From: Paramicrosporidium saccamoebae KSL3
Taxonomy: Eukaryota > Fungi > Cryptomycota
DNA length: 8,776 nucleotides
NCBI GenBank assembly: GCA_002794465.1
Contig: MTSL01000058.1
Coordinates: 1 to 8,776 of the forward strand
Direction: 5' to 3'
Program-made: the position numbers and the translations under genes
The notes under the pieces: generated by a model
What the model saw: only the letters and a program-made list of their open reading frames with translations
The model's database searches: none
What the model was told of the DNA's origin: nothing
Shown: positions 1-5,630 of the stretch, one piece after another
How the letters are laid out: every line of letters begins with the position of its first letter
How positions within the stretch are numbered: the stretch's first letter is position 1

Positions 1-2
1 TG

Positions 3-2033
3 CCAAAGCTTGGGGCCGTGCGGATCATGAAATTGCTGATAGACAAGAATATTGCCTTCCAGTGCAACATGAATCGTATAGTGCAGAAAGCAAAACCCGA
101 GGTTTTTCAGCTCTTGATTGATGAGGAAATATGGACGACGAATAAGAATGCGAATATTGAAGTTGCCAATGCAATCCGAGAGAAAGATCAAGAATACTTG
201 CAGCGTCTCCTTGAGACGCTCAAAGTGATACCTGACGAGGATTGCATCGAGTTATTAATCTATAATCGCAATTCAGATGCCTTCAAATGGATAAAGTCCA
301 CCCATCCCAACTGGACGCTTGATCAGAAACTGGTTGATAGATTCGTGCAAGGTGGATCAGGAATCATCTTGGAATGGCTCGACTCTCTCAATCTCGACTT
401 GCTTCAACTAAGCGAAACTGTCTTGGATGATGCATTTCAAAAAAGGCATTTCCGTGTTCTCGAATGGCTTTTGAAAAAGAGCCAGCGCGATGGGACGCAC
501 AAGTTTCCATTGGAATGGACGTGGCAACAAGAAGACATTGCTGTTATCGTTAGAGAAGAGTGTGTACAACTTTTGGAATGGTATGGGACCATCAATCCTG
601 GCTGGAAGTTGAGCGAAGCAAACATTGCGTTTGCGGTTACTTGGGGACTTTTGTCTATTCTGGAAGGGCATGCTCGTCAAAATCCTGATTGGACCTTGAA
701 CCCAGCCGCAATCGACGTTGCCATTAGGTTAGGATATTTGCCTATTTTGATGTGGCACGCTGACAGAGTTCCAAGCTGGGTCTTGCAGCAAGCTGGTATT
801 GATAGTGTCGCTGCGCGAGGGTACGTGCACATTTTGGAGTGGAATGATTCCTTGAATCGCGCAGCAATTATGCCGAGCGCAGATGCGCTGAAACAGGCAT
901 ATGAACACGGGCACTTGGAGCTCCTCGAATGGTTCCTGATGAAATATCCCGACCAGGTTCTAACATTCCGACCCGAGTGGGCGTTGAGTGAGAAAGACAT
1001 TCAAGCTATCATTGAACAAGGATACTTGCACATTATCTTGTGGCACCTCTCTATCAATCCTAACTGGACACCAAGTGAAGAGCATATTGACACTGCTATC
1101 GAGAATGGACATTTGCTCGCTCTGGTGCAGTGTCTCCCCACTGATCTTGCACTGCCTTTACCAAGCGTATATCAACTTGATAGGATGTTCACAGAGGAAA
1201 GAGTCAATGATTTCGAATGGTTCTTTTCTTCCAATCGTGAATGGATTTTACCGCAAGAAACCATTGACGCTGCCAGTAAAGACGGATATCATAAAGTTTT
1301 GAGATGGTATGCCCGGATGAGGCCTGACATGCTAAAGCCCAAAGTAGGTAAACTTATGGATTCTGGCACGAACGAAACTTTGGGAATTATAACTTTGGAA
1401 TGGTTCCTGGAAACGTTCCACCATGGTGATTTAGAATCGTTCTGCCCGAATTGGAGGTTGAACGCTGAGAATGTCACTACTGCTATAACGAATGGGTGTA
1501 TGTATGTTTTGAAATGGTATGCAATCGGAAACCCTGAGTGGAAATTGGGGGAACGCGGCATTACTGCTGCAATCCAACATGACCGCCTGTTAATTTTGAA
1601 GTGGTTCGCGGACATGGAGCCTAACTGGACGATGAGTCAAGATAACATTGATACCGTCGTGCTGTATGGACATGGGCACATTTTGAGATGGTATTTCACC
1701 ACCAATCGTCCAATGCTTCTACCAAGCCCAAATTCGTTGAGCCGGGCTCTCTTTAGATTTCCATCGTACAAAACCCTCGACTGCTACACCCACACGCGCC
1801 GTGACTGGGAGGTAAATCAAGAGCACATTGATGATGCTACGAAATACGGACAGTTGCAAGTTTTGGAATGGTATGACCGTGTCATGCCCAACAGTATCAG
1901 ACCAAGCGATGAGGCACTAATCTCGGCTCGTGAGGCTGGCCACGAAAATGTCATCGTATGGCATGTAAAGAAGCATTGCGAAAAAAGCATGATTTTATTG
2001 CTGACTCTCATAAAATCGCTTGAGATACAGTAG
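3..2033 (+). CDS. Ankyrin-like repeat protein, family copy 1 (5'-truncated by the window edge; ~158 N-terminal aa inferred to lie upstream)
   Basis: The frame is open from position 3 (PKLGAVRIMKLLIDK...). It matches copy 2 at offset 3047 and copy 3 at offset 6045, so GTG at 18 is an internal Val, not a start. The offset to copy 3 is 6045 at both the window start and the stop (TAG 2031-2033), implying no net indel. Carries repeated PxWxL...IDxAxxxGxLxILxW units. Confidence 0.92.
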   Translation, partial: PKLGAVRIMKLLIDKNIAFQCNMNRIVQKAKPEVFQLLIDEEIWTTNKNANIEVANAIREKDQEYLQRLLETLKVIPDEDCIELLIYNRNSDAFKWIKSTHPNWTLDQKLVDRFVQGGSGIILEWLDSLNLDLLQLSETVLDDAFQKRHFRVLEWLLKKSQRDGTHKFPLEWTWQQEDIAVIVREECVQLLEWYGTINPGWKLSEANIAFAVTWGLLSILEGHARQNPDWTLNPAAIDVAIRLGYLPILMWHADRVPSWVLQQAGIDSVAARGYVHILEWNDSLNRAAIMPSADALKQAYEHGHLELLEWFLMKYPDQVLTFRPEWALSEKDIQAIIEQGYLHIILWHLSINPNWTPSEEHIDTAIENGHLLALVQCLPTDLALPLPSVYQLDRMFTEERVNDFEWFFSSNREWILPQETIDAASKDGYHKVLRWYARMRPDMLKPKVGKLMDSGTNETLGIITLEWFLETFHHGDLESFCPNWRLNAENVTTAITNGCMYVLKWYAIGNPEWKLGERGITAAIQHDRLLILKWFADMEPNWTMSQDNIDTVVLYGHGHILRWYFTTNRPMLLPSPNSLSRALFRFPSYKTLDCYTHTRRDWEVNQEHIDDATKYGQLQVLEWYDRVMPNSIRPSDEALISAREAGHENVIVWHVKKHCEKSMILLLTLIKSLEIQ
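303..1973 (+). repeat. Intragenic ankyrin-like repeat region of copy 1 (~18 units)
   Basis: Units from HPNWTLDQKLVDRFVQGG... to ...AREAGHENVIVWHVKK. The ankyrin assignment rests on the AxxxGHLxILxW helix-turn-helix pattern, not on an HMM search. Confidence 0.72.
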
Positions 2034-2095
2034 CCCTTATACTATTCCACAGTATATAAAGTGATTGGCAGATTCGTGACCAACCATTTATTAAA
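2034..2095 (+). terminator. Candidate 3'-end/polyadenylation signal block, copy 1
   Basis: CCCTTATACTATT directly after the stop, TATATAAAG at stop+20 (2053-2061) and ATTAAA at stop+57 (2090-2095). The same offsets recur after copies 2 and 3. Confidence 0.4.
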
Positions 2096-2447
2096 GGCTG
2101 CGAAATGTATAGTGGGATCCCTGTTGATGGATGAGCTCGCTTTTATTAAAGTATATGGCTCCTTTATAGGCAGCTATTTTTAATAGGTGATCGGACTGAA
2201 CTGAGGCCAAGTAAATGTGTCCGTAACTGGCATATTGTAAAATATTCAAACTGTGGCGACCAATAAAGGGAGCACGATTTTAATCAGTCTTAATTATGAC
2301 CTTTTGTCAGCTCGACAGTTACATAGTCCCACTGGTAGCAGGAGCGCTCACTCTCGTCCAACTTAGGTCAACAACCACGACCAAGTCAGCAATTCACCCG
2401 AACTACCGTTTGCTAGTGATGAGTCAGAGTTAGTGCCCCTGCCCTCG

Positions 2448-2572
2448 CACGCCTATATAAAAGCAGTAGCGGAGTTTATTGGGCGACTGACATCTATCCT
2501 CGCCTATAATACAGCCGGGGCAGCGACTATTCACGGCAATTAATTGACTACGCAACGCTAGCACTGGTAGCC
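2448..2572 (+). promoter_or_regulatory. Putative core promoter of copy 2
   Basis: TATATAAAAG (2454-2463), TAGCGGAGTTTATT (2467-2480), second TATAAT (2505-2510), CCGGGGcagcgactat (2515-2530) and palindrome CAATTAATTG (2537-2546). Homologous motifs occur in the same order before copy 3, and the TAGCGGAGTTTATT and CCGGGG blocks also before copy 4. Confidence 0.6.
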
Positions 2573-2632
2573 ATGCGTCTATTACGCGCTATGTTTTATC
2601 TACCCTTTTTTCTCAGACCTATCATCGGTTCA
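2573..2632 (+). other. Predicted N-terminal signal peptide, copy 2
   Basis: Basic n-region (MRLLR), hydrophobic h-region (AMFYLPFFL) and small residues at the c-region (IIGS/S). Judged by eye, no predictor run. Confidence 0.65.
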
Positions 2633-5071
2633 AGCCACATTAATTTGAACGAAATGACTGAGGAAGAACTATACAGATACGCAACTAATCCGAACCGTGA
2701 TGCTGATACGTTCGCATCGATTGTGAGAGTAGCCAGAGAGAATAAGTATACCATGTTCCTCGAAAATATATCTATCATGCCAAATGTGTCGGCTGAGGAT
2801 CGTGATAACTCTTTTCAAGACTGGCGTATTTTCCAATGGTCCCCTGAGCCACGTTCAAATCTGAGCCAAGACGAGGAGAAAAAAGCCATTCCCCTTCTAG
2901 AAGCTGATGATCCAAAGTGTCTTGAGTCCCTTTCAGCAGAGTTGCTTAATGCGGTGCTGGACCCATTCTACTTGGCTGAATTTGATGCCGTCAATCTTGC
3001 AAACACTATGGCAGATTTGAGAGTGTTCTCCAGATACGACTTGGATCTGCCAAAGCTTGGGGCCGTGCGGATCATGAAATTACTGATAGACAAGAATATT
3101 GCGTTCCAGTGCGACATTTACCGCACAGTTCGGGATGGAAATGCCAAAGTCCTTCAATTCTTGGTTGATGAGAGGGTATGGAAGGCCGATGAGAATGTAA
3201 ATCGTGAAGTTGTCCTTGCAATCTACGGGGGAGAACAAGAATACTTGCAGCGCCTTCTTGAGATGCTCAAAGTGGTGCCTAACACAGAGTGCGTCAAGTT
3301 ACTGATTGAGAAACAAAATTCAGATGCTTTCAGATGGATAAAGTCGGCTCATCCCGACTGGAAGATCAATCAGGCACTGGTCGATTACATGGTACAACGT
3401 GGATCAGGAGACGATTTAGAATGGTGTGACTCTCTTAATCTCGACTTGCTCCAACTAAACGAAACCATCCTAGATGACGCATTTCAAAGAGGTCATTTCC
3501 GTGTTCTCGAATGGCTTTTGAAAAAGAGTCAGCGCGATGGAGTGTACGAGTTCCCATTGGAATGGACGTGGCAACAAAACGACATTGATACTATCGTTGA
3601 ACAAGGATGTGTACAGCTCGTAGAATGGTACGGGAAGATCAGTCCTGGCTGGAATCTGAATGAAACGAACATTGCGTCTGCGGTTGAACAAGGGCTCTTG
3701 ATTATTTTGGAAGACTACGCTAGTAAGCATCCTGGCTGGGCCCTACAACAAACTGAAATCGAGATTGCCATTAAAGGAGGACATTTGCACATTTTAAGGT
3801 GGCACGCCGAGAGAATTCCGAGCTGGGTTTTGCAGCAAGCTGAAATCGATAGTGCTGCTGCGCGAGGACATATGCACATTATAAAATGGAACATTTCCTT
3901 TAACAGCGCAACGCTTTTACCTAGCGCAAATGCGCTTAATCAGGCACGCGTATATGAGTACTTGGAGCCCCTTGAATGGTTCCTGGTAAAGTGTCCTGAT
4001 CAGATACTAGCATTCCGACCCGAGTGGGCGTTGAGTGAGAGAGACATTCAGGCTGCCATTGAGCAAGGATACTTGCACATTATCTTGTGGCACCTCTCTG
4101 TCAATCCTCACTGGGCACCAGGTGAAATGGAAATTGATGCTGCTATCGAGAATGGACATTTACAAGCTCTAGTTCAATGTCTCTCTGATAATCTTGCGCT
4201 GCCTCTACCAAGTGTGTATCAACTTGAAAAGATGTTTGCGGAGGAAAGAGCCGGCGATCTCGAATGGCTTTTCTCTTGCGGTCGTGAATGGATTTTATCG
4301 CAAGAAACCATTGATGCTGCTACTGAAGGCGGATATCATGAAATCTTGAGATGGTACGCCCGAAAAATGCCCAACATGCTAAAACCCAACATAGCTACGC
4401 TTGCGGATTTTGAAACAGCCGAAAATTCGGCAATGTTAACTTTCGAATGGTTCCTGGAAATGTTCTACCACGACAGTTTACAGTTGTTTAAACCTGACTG
4501 GGAGTTGGACACGACTTTTGCAGCCATGGATGGATGTATATACACTTTAAAATGCCACGCAATCCATTACCCATTCCGGAAATTGGGGGAACGCGAAATC
4601 ACCGCTGCGATCGAGCATGACCACCTGCCAATCTTGGAGTGGTGGGCAGACAGGGAGCCTAACTGGGTGATGAGTCAAAATGACATTGAGGCTGCCGTTT
4701 TGTATGGCCATGCACACATTTTGAAGTGGTACCTTGAAACCAACCGCCGAATGCCTCTGCCAGGCCCAAAAGTGTTGAGTCGGGTTCTTCTTAGGTTTCC
4801 ATCATACAAAACCCTCGACTGCTACACCCATACGCGCCGTGACTGGGAGGTAAATCAAGAGTGCATCGATGATGCTACTAAAAATGGACAATTGCGGGCT
4901 TTGGAATGGTATGATCGTGTCATGCCCAACAGCGTCAGACCAAGCGATGAGGCACTGAGCTTGGCCCATGATGCTGGTCACAATAACACTATCGTGTGGT
5001 GTGTAAAAAAATATCACTCAGAAGGCATGATTTTTTTGCTGACTCTTATGAATTCGCTCAAGATACAGTAG
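2573..5071 (+). CDS. Putative secreted ankyrin-like repeat protein, family copy 2 (832 aa)
   Basis: Uninterrupted 832-aa ORF with the ATG in gccATGc context. Hydrophobic N-terminus MRLLRAMFYLPFFLRPIIGS. About 18 repeats with the AxxxGHLxILxW core typical of degenerate ankyrin repeats. Full-length paralogy to copies 1 and 3, with many synonymous differences. Confidence 0.93.
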   Translation: MRLLRAMFYLPFFLRPIIGSSHINLNEMTEEELYRYATNPNRDADTFASIVRVARENKYTMFLENISIMPNVSAEDRDNSFQDWRIFQWSPEPRSNLSQDEEKKAIPLLEADDPKCLESLSAELLNAVLDPFYLAEFDAVNLANTMADLRVFSRYDLDLPKLGAVRIMKLLIDKNIAFQCDIYRTVRDGNAKVLQFLVDERVWKADENVNREVVLAIYGGEQEYLQRLLEMLKVVPNTECVKLLIEKQNSDAFRWIKSAHPDWKINQALVDYMVQRGSGDDLEWCDSLNLDLLQLNETILDDAFQRGHFRVLEWLLKKSQRDGVYEFPLEWTWQQNDIDTIVEQGCVQLVEWYGKISPGWNLNETNIASAVEQGLLIILEDYASKHPGWALQQTEIEIAIKGGHLHILRWHAERIPSWVLQQAEIDSAAARGHMHIIKWNISFNSATLLPSANALNQARVYEYLEPLEWFLVKCPDQILAFRPEWALSERDIQAAIEQGYLHIILWHLSVNPHWAPGEMEIDAAIENGHLQALVQCLSDNLALPLPSVYQLEKMFAEERAGDLEWLFSCGREWILSQETIDAATEGGYHEILRWYARKMPNMLKPNIATLADFETAENSAMLTFEWFLEMFYHDSLQLFKPDWELDTTFAAMDGCIYTLKCHAIHYPFRKLGEREITAAIEHDHLPILEWWADREPNWVMSQNDIEAAVLYGHAHILKWYLETNRRMPLPGPKVLSRVLLRFPSYKTLDCYTHTRRDWEVNQECIDDATKNGQLRALEWYDRVMPNSVRPSDEALSLAHDAGHNNTIVWCVKKYHSEGMIFLLTLMNSLKIQ
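3350..5011 (+). repeat. Intragenic ankyrin-like repeat region of copy 2 (~18 units, mostly 29 aa / 87 nt)
   Basis: Consecutive 29-aa units, e.g. SPGWNLNETNIASAVEQGLLIILEDYASK / HPGWALQQTEIEIAIKGGHLHILRWHAER / IPSWVLQQAEIDSAAARGHMHIIKWNISF. Confidence 0.75.
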
Positions 5072-5133
5072 CCCTTATACTATTATGCGGTATATAAAGT
5101 GAGTGGCAGGTCCTAGGTGAGCCATTTCATAAA
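5072..5133 (+). terminator. Candidate 3'-end/polyadenylation signal block, copy 2
   Basis: TATATAAAG at 5091-5099 (stop+20) and CATAAA at 5128-5133 (stop+57). Confidence 0.4.
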
Positions 5134-5455
5134 GATTGTGGGGTTTGTAGCAAGACCATTTACCGTGGATTTGTAAATATAATGTACTCTTTCGCAAAGG
5201 TACTCGAAATGACACAAGGTCAAGCAAACATGTTTATAAAGGGCTAATCACGAGAGATTCAGGCCGTGGTGGCTGATGGAAAATATGCAATCCCCGTCAG
5301 TTGTAATTAAAACTCTTTGGTTCCAGATCGGCCGCCTCGTATTTAAATTGGTGAGTGGGATTCCTCTCGCTTAACGCAGGTCAATGACCATGGCCAAACC
5401 AATGCTTTACTCGAATTTTTGTTTGCTAGCGATGCACCAGAAACAATCACCTCGT

Positions 5456-5465
5456 CCCCCCCCCC
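5456..5465. repeat. Poly-C homopolymer (C10)
   Basis: Ten consecutive C ending 5 nt upstream of the TATA element of copy 3. The homologous stretches in the other spacers are interrupted (gcccctgccctcg; gtccctgttcttt). Confidence 0.9.
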
Positions 5466-5570
5466 ACGCCTATATAATACAGTAGCGGAGTTTATTAAAT
5501 AACTGACATTTATCCTCGTCTATAACACGGCCGGGGCGGCGACTATATCTGTGACAATTAATTGGCAACC
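5466..5570 (+). promoter_or_regulatory. Putative core promoter of copy 3
   Basis: TATATAATAC (5471-5480), TAGCGGAGTTTATT (5483-5496), TATAAC (5521-5526), CCGGGGcggcgactat (5531-5546), CAATTAATTG (5555-5564). Confidence 0.6.
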
Positions 5571-5630
5571 ATGCATCTATTGCGAGCTGTGTTTTATCTG
5601 TTCTTTCTTTTAAAATCCATCATTGGTTCA
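5571..5630 (+). other. Predicted N-terminal signal peptide, copy 3
   Basis: MHLLRAVFYLFFLLKSIIGS: n/h/c organisation, hydrophobicity retained despite substitutions. Confidence 0.7.

Noticed and set aside
18-20. ORF-track start of copy 1 at GTG 18
   Set aside because: The frame is open to the window edge, and the codon aligns with an internal Val in LGAVRI of copies 2 and 3.
2416-2490. Possible C/D-box snoRNA (GTGATGA 2416-2422 ... CTGA 2487-2490); also ATGATGA at 8121
   Set aside because: No terminal stem, overlaps the promoter motifs, and the C box is not kept in the homologous spacers (gcgatgca; ctaggtga).
2505-2510. Bacterial sigma70 -10 box TATAAT
   Set aside because: No matching -35 element or Shine-Dalgarno sequence before any ATG; the context fits eukaryotic-type TATA elements better.
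2596-2778. Antisense 60-aa ORF repeated at 5594..5776
   Set aside because: Recurrence is explained by conservation of the sense gene. The differences that are synonymous in the sense frame are not constrained in the antisense frame, and the homologous stop (tta) is absent in copy 4 (ttg). Treated as a shadow ORF.
2633-2900. RxLR-dEER or PEXEL export motif after the signal peptide
   Set aside because: No conserved RxLR or RxLxE/Q/D in copies 2-4 by inspection.
5057-5071. Peroxisomal PTS1 or KDEL-type C-terminal signal (SLKIQ)
   Set aside because: The terminal residues KIQ/EIQ match neither consensus.
5226-5235. Palindrome AAACATGTTT (also 8233-8242), resembling a p53-type half site
   Set aside because: A single 10-bp half site inside a generally similar tract, and lost in spacer 1 (aaatgtgtcc), so no independent evidence of constraint.
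5072-5403. Hidden small protein-coding gene in the gap-free spacer
   Set aside because: No ORF of 60 aa or more in the track, and mismatches between spacers 2 and 3 are evenly spread over codon positions (16/16/19).
5414-5421. Sm-site-like AATTTTTG
   Set aside because: Present in one spacer only, with no snRNA-like context.
5562-5570. ORF-track start of copy 3 at TTG 5562
   Set aside because: The ATG at 5571 is the one homologous to the ATGs of copies 2 and 4. The TTG lies in the CAATTAATTG palindrome.
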